NCBI RefSeq assembly: GCF_964059055.1
Contig: NZ_OZ060386.1
Location: 60,001-92,000 of the forward strand
Direction: 5' to 3'
Length of the DNA stretch: 32,000 nt
From: Buchnera aphidicola (Neophyllaphis podocarpi)
GTDB taxonomy: Bacteria; Pseudomonadota; Gammaproteobacteria; Enterobacterales; Enterobacteriaceae
Below are positions 8,053-17,008 of this stretch, in pieces (position 1 is the first letter of the stretch; each line of letters begins with the position of its first letter). The position numbers and the translations under genes were made by a program. The notes beneath the pieces are model-generated. The model was not told where the DNA came from, searched no databases, and saw nothing but the letters and a program-made list of their open reading frames with translations.

Positions 8053-8838
8053 TTATTTGCTAAAAATATATATTAATAAACCAAATATAATTTTATATAT
8101 ACCAAATATTATAAAAGAGTTTTTTGTTAATATTTTTTCAGATTTTTTAATTAGGATTTTAGAAATTAAAAATGTTAGTATTAATCCTACAAATAGAATT
8201 TCTGTGTTTTTTATGTTAAAAAAATTTATATTTTTTATATAATCAATTATTGATGCTCCAATAATTATAGGTATTGCTATAATTAATGAAAATTTTATTG
8301 CTATTGTTTTTGATAAACCTGCTAATATAGAACCTGAAATAGCTGCTCCTAATCTAGAAAATCCAGTAAAAAATGCTAGACATTGGAAAATTCCTATTGT
8401 TATAGCATGTTTATATGTTATTTCATTTATGTTTTTGATTTTTTCTTTATTTTTTATAATACCTAACAAAAATAATAAAATTCCGCTTAATATTGAACTA
8501 TATATGATGAATTTATTATTTGTTATATTTTTTTTTATTACTTTTTCTAAAGTAAATCCTATTATTATAGAGGGTATATTCGTTATAACAGTATTAGATA
8601 TAAATTTTCTGTAGTTTTTAGAAAATATATTTTTTTTGAAAATGTATTTCTTAAAATAATTAATAATTGCTATAGCTGATCCTATTTGAATAGGTATAGT
8701 AAATAAATTTATATAAAATTCATTTATTTTTAGTATTTTACTAATTATAATTATATGTCCAGTTGAAGAAATTGGTAAAAATTCCGTAAAACTTTCTATT
8801 ATGCTTAAGAGAATTATTATAATATTTACATTGTTCAT
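8053..8838 (-). CDS. uppP: Undecaprenyl-diphosphatase (BacA/UppP)
   Basis: The 261-aa polytopic membrane protein carries the ESFTEFLPISSTGH and FQCLAFFTGFSRLGAAISG motifs of E. coli UppP. It is adjacent to cca, as in E. coli. Confidence 0.92.
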   Translation of the reverse strand: MNNVNIIIILLSIIESFTEFLPISSTGHIIIISKILKINEFYINLFTIPIQIGSAIAIINYFKKYIFKKNIFSKNYRKFISNTVITNIPSIIIGFTLEKVIKKNITNNKFIIYSSILSGILLFLLGIIKNKEKIKNINEITYKHAITIGIFQCLAFFTGFSRLGAAISGSILAGLSKTIAIKFSLIIAIPIIIGASIIDYIKNINFFNIKNTEILFVGLILTFLISKILIKKSEKILTKNSFIIFGIYKIIFGLLIYIFSK

Positions 8839-8884
8839 TTAATTTTTATATATATTTAATTTTAAATAAAATTTAATATTTATT

Positions 8885-8924
8885 AAATACTTATGGAATC
8901 TAAAATATGATACCATAAGTATTT
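8885..8924 (-). terminator. Hairpin (12-bp stem, 16-nt loop) downstream of crr; weak terminator or processing-site candidate
   Basis: Positions 8885-8896 (aaatacttatgg) are the exact reverse complement of 8913-8924 (ccataagtattt). The hairpin lies 14 nt past the crr stop on the minus strand. No clear U-tract follows on either strand. Confidence 0.25.
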
Positions 8925-8937
8925 TATATAAAAATAA

Positions 8938-9441
8938 TTATTTTATTACTTTTATAATTACAGTTTGACCAGCATTTACTAAACCTGAAAATTTTTTTAT
9001 TTTTTTAATCTTATCCATATTAGAAATAATAACAGGTGTTAAAATAGATTTAGCTTTTCTTCTTATTAAATTTAGATATAATTTTATAATTGGATCACCT
9101 ATTTTAACTTTTTGTTTTTCTTTTGCTAGTTTTGAAAATCCTTCTCCTTTAAGTTCTATTGTATCTATACCAAAATGTACAAATAATTCAATTCCTTCAT
9201 CTGATTCAATTGAAAAAGCATGCATGCTATCAAATATTTTTCCTATTATTCCATTAACAGGAGAAACAATTAAGTTTCCTGTAGGATTTATAGCAACTCC
9301 ATCTCCAACTATTTTTTTAGCAAATACATCATCTGGAACTTCATTTAAATCTATAACATTTCCAGATATAGGAGCAATGATTTCTATTGTGTTTTTTACT
9401 TTATTTTTTTTTCTTTTAAATATTTTAGATAAAAAATTCAT
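8938..9441 (-). CDS. crr: PTS glucose-specific EIIA component
   Basis: The 167-aa product has [51 protein letters not shown] and [10 protein letters not shown], and is collinear with E. coli Crr. Confidence 0.96.
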   Translation of the reverse strand: MNFLSKIFKRKKNKVKNTIEIIAPISGNVIDLNEVPDDVFAKKIVGDGVAINPTGNLIVSPVNGIIGKIFDSMHAFSIESDEGIELFVHFGIDTIELKGEGFSKLAKEKQKVKIGDPIIKLYLNLIRRKAKSILTPVIISNMDKIKKIKKFSGLVNAGQTVIIKVIK

Positions 9442-9484
9442 TTTTCCTCCTAAATTATTTATTTAAAAATTATTTTTTTTATTT

Positions 9485-11188
9485 TTAACATTTTATTAAA
9501 TCTAATATTTCTTTATATGTTGATTTTAATAAAATTTTATTTGCTATTGTTTTTGCTCTTTCAAAATTTGTATTTCTAATAATATTTTTTATTTCTGGAA
9601 TAACACTAGAATTCATACTAAAAGAATCTAAACCCATGCCTATTAGTAACATTGTAGCACATTTATCTCCAGCTAGTTCTCCGCACATACTTGTTGTAAT
9701 TCCATTTATATGAGAATTTTTTATTATTTTATAAATAAACTGTAAAACGGATGGAGACATAGGATTATATAAATTTGAAATTAAATCATTACCTCTATCT
9801 ACTGCTAAAGTATATTGTGTCAAATCATTTGTACCTATGCTAAAGAAATTAACTTCTTTAGATAAATGATTTGATATAATTGCTGCGGCAGGTGTTTCTA
9901 TCATAATGCCTATTTTTATATTTTTATTAAAGTTCGTTTTTTCTTTTTCTAAATCTGTTTTTATTTTATTTATTTCTGAATTTAAAATTTTTATTTCTTC
10001 TACTGAAATTATCATAGGAAACATGATTTTTATTTTCCCAAAAGCAGAAGCTCTTAAAATTGCTCTTAGTTGAGTTCTTAGGATTTCTCTTTTATCCATA
10101 CATATTCTGATTGCTCTCCATCCTAGAAATGGATTTTCTTCTTTTGGTAGATTCATATAAGGTAGGTTTTTGTCACCACCTATATCCATTGTTCTTATTA
10201 TTATTGTTTTATTTTTAAATATTTCTGCTGCTTTTTTGTATGCTAAAAATTGTTCTTCTTCTGATGGTAATGATGTTCTGTCCATGAATAAAAATTCAGT
10301 TCTATATAATCCTATAAAATCAGCTCCACTATTTTTAGCTATTTCAATATCTTTTATATTTCCTACATTTGCTCCAATAATTATTTTTTTGCCGTCTTTA
10401 GTAATAGCTTGTATATTTTTTTTATCTAATAATTTATTTTTTTTATATTTATATTCTTTTTTTAATAAATTTATATTTTTAATAAGATTTTTATTTGGTT
10501 TTATATAAATTGAATTATTAATTGCATCTAATGCAATTAATTGCCCACTTCTAACTTTCTTAGTAATATTTTTAGTTCCTACTATAGCTGGTATTTCTAG
10601 TGAACGAGCTATAATTGATGTATGAGATGTATTTCCTCCCATATCTGTAATAAAACCTAAAATATTTTTCTTATTTATTTGAGTTGTTTCTGTTGGAGTT
10701 AGGTCTTTTGCAATTAATATAACTTGTTCATTGATTTCACTTATATCAATAATTTGCATGCCTTTAATATTTTTTAATAATCTTTTACCTATATCTCTTA
10801 TATCTATTGCTCTACTTTTTAGATATTCATCTTCTAATTTTTCTAAAGCTTTTGCTTGTTCTTCTATAATAAAGTAAACTGCAGCATCTGCTGTTATATT
10901 TTTTTCTTTAATTAGTATTTTTACTTCTTTTTCTAATTCTTGATCTTCTAAAAGCATTATATGACCTTCAAATATATCCTCTTTATCTTGTCCAAATATT
11001 TCTCCTGTTCTTTTTTTTATTTTTTTTAATTGATCTGAAGTTTTTTTTCTAGATTTTAAAAATCTTTCAATTTCTATTTGAATATTTTTAGAAGGAATTG
11101 TATTTTTATTTATTTGAATTTTTTCTTCTATTAGCAATAAAGCTTTTCCTAATGCAATCCCTGGTGAAGCTAAAATACCTGAGATCAT
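9485..11188 (-). CDS. ptsI: PTS enzyme I (phosphoenolpyruvate-protein phosphotransferase)
   Basis: The 567-aa product begins [19 protein letters not shown]. It carries the active-site region [21 protein letters not shown] and also [41 protein letters not shown] and MCGELAGD. Confidence 0.97.
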   Translation of the reverse strand: MISGILASPGIALGKALLLIEEKIQINKNTIPSKNIQIEIERFLKSRKKTSDQLKKIKKRTGEIFGQDKEDIFEGHIMLLEDQELEKEVKILIKEKNITADAAVYFIIEEQAKALEKLEDEYLKSRAIDIRDIGKRLLKNIKGMQIIDISEINEQVILIAKDLTPTETTQINKKNILGFITDMGGNTSHTSIIARSLEIPAIVGTKNITKKVRSGQLIALDAINNSIYIKPNKNLIKNINLLKKEYKYKKNKLLDKKNIQAITKDGKKIIIGANVGNIKDIEIAKNSGADFIGLYRTEFLFMDRTSLPSEEEQFLAYKKAAEIFKNKTIIIRTMDIGGDKNLPYMNLPKEENPFLGWRAIRICMDKREILRTQLRAILRASAFGKIKIMFPMIISVEEIKILNSEINKIKTDLEKEKTNFNKNIKIGIMIETPAAAIISNHLSKEVNFFSIGTNDLTQYTLAVDRGNDLISNLYNPMSPSVLQFIYKIIKNSHINGITTSMCGELAGDKCATMLLIGMGLDSFSMNSSVIPEIKNIIRNTNFERAKTIANKILLKSTYKEILDLIKC

Positions 11189-11320
11189 AATATTACCTTT
11201 AATATAATAATAAAATTTTTATTATTTTTTGTTTGTTAATAAAATTAAATATAAATAATTTTTAAATTTTTTGTAAAATATATTTATATATTAATATAAA
11301 TATATTTTTACTATATCATT

Positions 11321-11578
11321 TTAATTTAATTCATTAATTGTTTCAGTTAAATGTTTTATAGCTTTTTTTTCGTCATCACCTTCTGCTGATAATGTTATTA
11401 TTGTTCCTTGTATTAATCCTAGTGTTTGTAATTTAAATAAACTTTTTGCATTTGCTGTTTTACCATTTGCTGTTATTGTTATATCAGATGAAAATTCTTT
11501 TGCTTTTTTAACAAGTTGTGCAGCTGGACGTGTATGTAATCCATTAGTTGATTTTATTTTTATTTCTTTTTTTAACAT
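11321..11578 (-). CDS. ptsH: Phosphocarrier protein HPr
   Basis: The 85-aa product carries [10 protein letters not shown] (His15 region) and [12 protein letters not shown] (Ser46 region). The ptsH-ptsI-crr order matches E. coli. Confidence 0.97.
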   Translation of the reverse strand: MLKKEIKIKSTNGLHTRPAAQLVKKAKEFSSDITITANGKTANAKSLFKLQTLGLIQGTIITLSAEGDDEKKAIKHLTETINELN

Positions 11579-11681
11579 TTTTTTTCCTTTTTTTTTATAT
11601 GTACTTTTTTATTATAATATATAATAATAGTATGAATATCTAAAATATTTTTATTTAATTTTATAATTAATTTTATTTTTT

Positions 11682-11764
11682 AATTAGAATATAATATTCA
11701 TTATATATAAAAAAGCACCCATTTAGGGTGCTTTTTTATATATAATGAATATTATATTCTAATT
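11682..11764. repeat. Perfect 83-bp palindrome (39-bp arms, 5-nt loop) with a core that looks like a bidirectional intrinsic terminator
   Basis: I checked every position p in 11682-11720 by hand and each is complementary to position 23446-p. The loop is attta at 11721-11725. The core reads AAAAAAGCACCC-attta-GGGTGCTTTTTT, a GC stem flanked by an A-tract and a T-tract. It lies in the spacer between divergent ptsH and ligA. Confidence 0.9.
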
Positions 11765-12004
11765 TTTTATTTTAAATTTCAATTTAATGTTATATAGTTA
11801 TTTCATCTACAAATAATTTAACATTAAATTAATTGTTATTATTATGGTATAATTTTATCATATTTTTATATGTTATTAAAATTTAATATACAAATTTTTT
11901 AATATTAATATTAAATATAAATAATTATATTATAAAGGATATTTAAATGAAAAAAATAAAAAAAAATTCTTGAGTTAAAAACTAAAATTTTATATTATCA
12001 AAAT

Positions 12005-13939
12005 TTGTATTATAATCTAAATTATTCAGAAGTTCCTGATTCAGAATATGATAAATTAATTAAAGAATTAATTTATTTAGAAAATAAATACCCTAATTAT
12101 TTAGATAATAATTCTCCTACACAAGTAGTATCTTCTTTAAAAGATAGTCATTTTAAAAAAATAAAACATTTATCTTCTATGTTATCTTTAGATAATGTAT
12201 TTGATGAATTTAAATATGTTAAATTTCATCAAAATTTATTTGTTAAATTTAAAGATTTCAATATTAATTTTTGTTGTGAATTAAAATTTGATGGTTTAGC
12301 TGTTAATTTAATATATAAAAAAGGAATTTTATCTACAGCTTCAACTAGAGGTAATGGAATTTATGGTGAAGATATAACTGATAATGCATTAACTATTAGA
12401 TCGATTCCTAAAGAATTAAAAGGAGATAACATTCCATCTTTAATAGAAATTAGAGGAGAAATCTTCATGATGCGTGATGATTTCATAAATCTAAATAAAG
12501 ATCGAAATATTAATAAAAAATTTTCTAATCCTAGAAATGCTGCTTCAGGATCTTTACGTCAAAAAGACGCTTTAATAACTTCTAAAAGAAAATTATACTT
12601 TATATGTCATAGTTATGGGATTTGGCATGGTGATTTAATACCTTTTAGTCATTATGATTGTTTAAATAAAATACATTCTTGGGGCATTCCTATTAGTAAT
12701 TATAATTCTGTTTTTCAAAAAACAGAAGAAATTTTAAATTTTTATTATAAAATATTAAATAAGCGTTCTTTACTTAAATTTGATATAGACGGTATCGTAA
12801 TAAAACTAAACAAATTAAAATTACAAAAAAAAATTGGTAATACAAGTAAATTTCCAAAGTGGGCTATTGCTTTTAAATTTCCTGCAAAAGAAAAATTAAC
12901 TCAAGTTAAAAATGTTATTTTTAATGTTGGCAGAACTGGTATGATAACTCCTGTTGCTTGTTTAAAACCAATATATATATCTGGAGTAAAAATTAGTTAT
13001 GCTTCTTTGCATAGTATAAAAGAAATACAGAGATTAGATTTATATATTAATGATTTTGTTAATATTCGTAGAGCTGGAGATGTTATTCCTCAAATTGTCA
13101 ATGTAGTTAAAAGCTATAGGAGTAATAATAATATTATTAAAATATCTATTCCTAAAAATTGTTTTTTTTGTGGCTCTAAGCTTTTTACTTTATATAAAAA
13201 ATCTATTTTAAAGTGTAGTGGACAGTTGATATGTAGTGCTCAACTAAAAAAATCTATTAAACATTTTGTTTCAAAAAACGCTTTTAATATTTTAGGTTTA
13301 GGTGAAAAGATTATTAATAAATTGGTAGATGGTAGATATATTAAAGATATTGCTGATTTATTTTATCTTAATATTGATATATTATCTTCAATTTATAAAA
13401 TAGCTTCTAAAAATTCTTCTAATATTATTAATTCAATTAATAAATCTAGAAGAATAGAATTACATAAACTAATTTATGCTTTTGGTATACATGAAGTTGG
13501 AGATGTTTTATCTTTTAATTTATCTAAAAATTTTATTTCTATCAGCAATTTTATGGCTGCAGATTTCGATACTTTAGTTTCTGTGCGCGGGGTAGGTAAG
13601 CGTACTGCTAATAATATTATAAACTTCTTTCAATCAAATAAAAATATTAATGTTATAAACAAATTATTTAAACAAATAAAAGTGTATGATCATAAAACTA
13701 ATTATAAATATAGTATTTTTTATAATAAATCTATAGTTTTTTCTGGTTTATTTTATAAAATTAATAGAATTTTGTTGAAAGAAAAGTTAATTAATTTAGG
13801 TGCTAGAATTAATTCGAATGTTTCTTATAAGACTGATTTTCTCATTGCTGGTAATTCTAAAAGTAATAAAATAATTTTGGCTAAAAAATTAAATATTAAG
13901 ATTTTAAATGAAGATGAAATTATCAGCTTTTTAGACTAA
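12005..13939 (+). CDS. ligA: NAD-dependent DNA ligase LigA (coordinates as given by the ORF track; the true 5' end is probably at 11947 via an A9-tract frameshift, see findings)
   Basis: The product has the adenylation motif CELKFDGLAV, a four-Cys zinc site (CFFCGS...KCSG.LIC), an HhH region (VRGVGKRTA) and a C-terminal BRCT-like segment. It is collinear with E. coli LigA. Homology continues upstream of the TTG at 12005 in the same frame (KKILELKTKILYYQN). Confidence 0.93.
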   Translation: MYYNLNYSEVPDSEYDKLIKELIYLENKYPNYLDNNSPTQVVSSLKDSHFKKIKHLSSMLSLDNVFDEFKYVKFHQNLFVKFKDFNINFCCELKFDGLAVNLIYKKGILSTASTRGNGIYGEDITDNALTIRSIPKELKGDNIPSLIEIRGEIFMMRDDFINLNKDRNINKKFSNPRNAASGSLRQKDALITSKRKLYFICHSYGIWHGDLIPFSHYDCLNKIHSWGIPISNYNSVFQKTEEILNFYYKILNKRSLLKFDIDGIVIKLNKLKLQKKIGNTSKFPKWAIAFKFPAKEKLTQVKNVIFNVGRTGMITPVACLKPIYISGVKISYASLHSIKEIQRLDLYINDFVNIRRAGDVIPQIVNVVKSYRSNNNIIKISIPKNCFFCGSKLFTLYKKSILKCSGQLICSAQLKKSIKHFVSKNAFNILGLGEKIINKLVDGRYIKDIADLFYLNIDILSSIYKIASKNSSNIINSINKSRRIELHKLIYAFGIHEVGDVLSFNLSKNFISISNFMAADFDTLVSVRGVGKRTANNIINFFQSNKNINVINKLFKQIKVYDHKTNYKYSIFYNKSIVFSGLFYKINRILLKEKLINLGARINSNVSYKTDFLIAGNSKSNKIILAKKLNIKILNEDEIISFLD

Positions 13940-13943
13940 ATTT

Positions 13944-14016
13944 TGGGTCGTGCAGGATTTGAACCTGCGACCAATTGATTAAAAGTCAACTGCTCTACCG
14001 ACTGAGCTAACGACCC
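13944..14016 (-). tRNA. tRNA-Lys (anticodon UUU), 3' CCA not encoded
   Basis: The reverse complement GGGTCGT TA GCTC AGTCGGTA GAGC A GTTGA CTTTTAA TCAAT TGGTC GCAGG TTCAAAT CCTGC ACGACCC A folds as a full cloverleaf. It is followed by AAAT rather than CCA. It starts 4 nt after the ligA stop, on the opposite strand. Confidence 0.95.
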
Positions 14017-14025
14017 ATTTAACTT

Positions 14026-14098
14026 TGGGTGATGACGGACTCGAACCGCCGACCTCCTCCGTGTAAAGGAGGAGCTCTACCAACTGAGCTAATCACCC
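14026..14098 (-). tRNA. tRNA-Val (anticodon UAC), 3' CCA not encoded
   Basis: The reverse complement GGGTGAT TA GCTC AGTTGGTA GAGC T CCTCC TTTACAC GGAGG AGGTC GGCGG TTCGAGT CCGTC ATCACCC A folds as a full cloverleaf. The Val-then-Lys order, divergent from gltX, resembles a reduced E. coli valU-lysV tRNA operon. Confidence 0.95.
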
Positions 14099-14272
14099 TA
14101 TAAAACTTCTATATTCTAAAGTTATTATAATTACATAGTCAATCTTTTTTATTTAAAATTTAATTGTTTGTTTACTTTTTAATCTAAATGATTTATTTTT
14201 AACCTAAAAATATTTTATAAAGGTGTTAGAATTAATCATCGATGTTATTATTCTTTATAAGAATGTTAATTT

Positions 14273-15700
14273 ATGAACATTAAAACTAGATTTGCTCCTA
14301 GTCCTACTGGTAGTATGCATATTGGAAGTGTAAGAACAGCATTATATTCATGGTTATTTGCACGTCATTATGATGGTGAATTTATTTTAAGAATAGAAAA
14401 TACAGATTATAATAGATGTAATTATAGTTTTGTTAAAGATATAATAGATAACTTAAATTGGTTAGGATTAACTTGGGATAGAGCACCTTTTTTTCAAACT
14501 GATAATTTAAAACAATATAATTTAATTATTAAAAATATGTTATTGAATAAGGTTGCTTATAAATGTTACTGTTCTTTAGAAAGATTGCAGAAATTAAGAA
14601 ATTATCAGATGTCTAAAGGTATTAAATTCCGTTATGATAACAAATGTAGAGATGTTAAATATTACACTAAATTTAATCAACCTTATGTTGTAAGATTTAA
14701 AAATCCTGAGTTTGGTATTGTTTCATTTAATGATAAAATTAGAGGCTTAATTAATTTTAAAAATACTGAATTAGATGATTTAGTTATTATGAGATCTAAC
14801 GGTATTCCTACTTATAATTTTTGTTCAGTTATTGATGATAGTAATATGCAAATTACTCATGTTATCAGAGGAGAAGAACATATTAATAATACTCCTAGAC
14901 AAATTAATATGTTAAATTCTTTAGAAAAAAGTATACCTATTTATGCTCATTTACCTATTATTTTAGATACTAATGGTAAAAAAATGTCTAAACGTAATAA
15001 CACTTTGATGAATAATTTGTTTGATTATCGTAAATCAGGTTATCTTCCAGAATCTATCCTTAATTATTTATTAAGATTAGGTTGGTCATATAAAAATAAA
15101 GAAATTTTTTCTATTGATGAAATGAAGAATCTTTTTAATCTTAAATCTGTTAATAAATCTTCTTGTTTTTTTGATATAAAAAAATTACAATGGCTTAATA
15201 ATTATTATATTAATAAATTACCTAGAAATTATATTATTTGTAACCTAAAAAAACAGTTTGATAATGATGAACTAAATCATTTTAATAATTTTAATTTATC
15301 AAATTGTGTTGAAGTTTTTTCGCAAAGATGTCAAACTTTAAAACAATTATCTGACTATTGTAGACTAATTTATAACAATATTGATAATTTTAAATCCAAT
15401 CTTTCTAGAAAATATTTAAAAATTGATTTTATTAATTGTTTAACCGATGTATATAATAAATTATATTTATTAGATGTTTGGATTAAAGATGATATATCAG
15501 TTTTAATCAAAAAAATGTCTTTGAATTATAAAAATAATTTGTCTTTTTTTTACATGTCACTACGTGTTGCCTTAATTAATAATATTACTCCTATTTCTTT
15601 AATTTCTTTATTATATGCTATAGGTAGAAAACATTCTCTTCAAAGAATCAAAAAAGCAATTTTTTATATTTATAAAAAATATTCTAAGCATATTTTTTAA
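14273..15700 (+). CDS. gltX: Glutamate--tRNA ligase
   Basis: The 475-aa product begins IKTRFAPSPTGSMHIGSVRTALYSWLFAR (HIGH-type motif), has KMSKRN (the KMSKS motif) and YKCYCS...CRD, and is collinear with E. coli GltX. Confidence 0.96.
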   Translation: MNIKTRFAPSPTGSMHIGSVRTALYSWLFARHYDGEFILRIENTDYNRCNYSFVKDIIDNLNWLGLTWDRAPFFQTDNLKQYNLIIKNMLLNKVAYKCYCSLERLQKLRNYQMSKGIKFRYDNKCRDVKYYTKFNQPYVVRFKNPEFGIVSFNDKIRGLINFKNTELDDLVIMRSNGIPTYNFCSVIDDSNMQITHVIRGEEHINNTPRQINMLNSLEKSIPIYAHLPIILDTNGKKMSKRNNTLMNNLFDYRKSGYLPESILNYLLRLGWSYKNKEIFSIDEMKNLFNLKSVNKSSCFFDIKKLQWLNNYYINKLPRNYIICNLKKQFDNDELNHFNNFNLSNCVEVFSQRCQTLKQLSDYCRLIYNNIDNFKSNLSRKYLKIDFINCLTDVYNKLYLLDVWIKDDISVLIKKMSLNYKNNLSFFYMSLRVALINNITPISLISLLYAIGRKHSLQRIKKAIFYIYKKYSKHIF

Positions 15701-15797
15701 ATTATAAAAATTTATTTTTACGATTTTTGTTATTTATTTTAAATAAAAATAAATATTCAAATTTTTATTAAAAAAGTTATTTTTTATTTATATTTTT

Positions 15798-15830
15798 ACA
15801 TATTAATAAATATGCAATTTATTAATATGT
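15798..15830. terminator. Hairpin with a 14-bp stem and 5-nt loop between convergent gltX and rpmG; weak bidirectional terminator candidate
   Basis: Positions 15798-15811 (acatattaataaat) are the exact reverse complement of 15817-15830. TTTT follows on the + strand. The hairpin lies 12 nt past the rpmG stop. The stem has only one G:C pair, so it is thermodynamically weak. Confidence 0.3.
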
Positions 15831-15841
15831 TTTACATAAAA

Positions 15842-16009
15842 TTATTTAATTTTTGCTTCTTTATATATAACATGTTTTCTTATTATAGGATCATATTTTT
15901 TTATTTCTATTTTTTCTATGTTTTTTCTTTTGTTTTTTGTTGTTGTATAATAATGACCTGTATTTTTAGAAGAAATTAATTTTATCTTTTCTCTACTTTT
16001 TTTAGCCAT
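15842..16009 (-). CDS. rpmG: 50S ribosomal protein L33
   Basis: This ORF is not in the ORF track. My translation from the ATG at 16009 is [55 protein letters not shown] (55 aa, TAA at 15842-15844). It matches E. coli L33 in length and sequence and lies directly downstream of rpmB. Confidence 0.93.
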   Translation of the reverse strand: MAKKSREKIKLISSKNTGHYYTTTKNKRKNIEKIEIKKYDPIIRKHVIYKEAKIK

Positions 16010-16238
16010 ATAGTTTAACCTTTTTGAATTTTTTTAATATTTTATCTATTCCGTACTTATTAACTAAACGCATTCCTTTATTTGATAATTTTAATTTAAT
16101 GAATTTATTTTTTTTTGCAATCCAAAATTTGTGAGTATGTAAGTTTATTTTAAATCTACATTTTGTTGCGTTCATTGCATGAGAACGTTTATTTCCTACA
16201 ATAGATTTTTTATTAGTTATTTGACATATATTAGACAT
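16002..16238 (-). CDS. rpmB: 50S ribosomal protein L28
   Basis: The 78-aa product [39 protein letters not shown]... is collinear with E. coli L28. Confidence 0.96.
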   Translation of the reverse strand: MSNICQITNKKSIVGNKRSHAMNATKCRFKINLHTHKFWIAKKNKFIKLKLSNKGMRLVNKYGIDKILKKFKKVKLYG

Positions 16239-16329
16239 TTTTATTTTTTCTTAATAATATTTTTTATTATCTTTGTACAGATTAATAAAAAATATTTTAT
16301 CATTTTTATAAAATAATTCAATTATTTTG

Positions 16330-16360
16330 TTTTAACTTGTTCTTTTAGAACAAGTTAAAA
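16330..16360. terminator. Hairpin with a 14-bp stem, 3 nt past the ppa stop; candidate ppa terminator or rpmBG insulator
   Basis: Positions 16330-16343 (ttttaacttgttct) are the exact reverse complement of 16347-16360 (agaacaagttaaaa), with loop ttt. The T-rich run (attttattttttt) is on the + strand side, not the minus-strand side where ppa is read. Confidence 0.35.
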
Positions 16361-16363
16361 ATT

Positions 16364-16894
16364 TTATTTTTTTGAAAATCTATTATAAGAGTTTAATATT
16401 TCTTCTTTTGCTTCTAAATGATTTCCCCATCCTTGTATTTTTACCCATTTGTTGTTTTCTAGATTTTTATAATTTTTAAAAAAATGTATGATTTGATCAA
16501 GTAATAGTTTAGATATTTGATCTATATTTATTATAGATTTATATTCTGTACATATTTTATCATGTGGTACAGCTATAATTTTCATGTCTATTCCAGACTC
16601 ATCAATCATTTTTAATATACCTATTGGTCTAGATCTTATAACTGAACCATATTGTAATGGATATGGAGTTGGTATCAATACATCTATTGGATCTTTATCT
16701 AAAGATAAAGTTTGATTTATATATCCATAGTTACAAGGATAAAACATTGTTGTTGGAATAAATCTATCAACAAATAAAACTCCATACTTTTTATTTATTT
16801 CATATTTTATTGGATTACTGTTGAATGGAATTTCTATTATTACATATATATCTTCTGGTACATTTTTACCTACTGGTATATTATTTATTCTCAT
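16364..16894 (-). CDS. ppa: Inorganic pyrophosphatase
   Basis: The 176-aa product has EDIYVIIEIP, PIKYEI, FVDRF, FYPCNYGYI and DPIDVL, and is collinear with E. coli Ppa. Confidence 0.96.
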   Translation of the reverse strand: MRINNIPVGKNVPEDIYVIIEIPFNSNPIKYEINKKYGVLFVDRFIPTTMFYPCNYGYINQTLSLDKDPIDVLIPTPYPLQYGSVIRSRPIGILKMIDESGIDMKIIAVPHDKICTEYKSIINIDQISKLLLDQIIHFFKNYKNLENNKWVKIQGWGNHLEAKEEILNSYNRFSKK

Positions 16895-17008
16895 TTTTAT
16901 GTTTTAATGACCTTATTTTCAGAGTTATTGTATGTTACTATTTATAATATAAATTTATTTAGATTATTTAAAGTATTTAATTTTTTACTTATTTTTGGAG
17001 AAAAAATC

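Noticed and set aside
11189-11320. A/T-only palindrome tatattaatata in the ptsH-ptsI spacer, a possible operator
   Set aside because: It is only 12 bp, entirely A/T, and complementarity breaks immediately outside it. That is within chance expectation for this composition.
16907-17008. A 34-codon N-terminal extension of pmbA starting 13 nt from the divergent ppa start
   Set aside because: PmbA homology begins at the ATG at 17009, which has a GGAG Shine-Dalgarno sequence. The extension would occupy the entire divergent promoter region.
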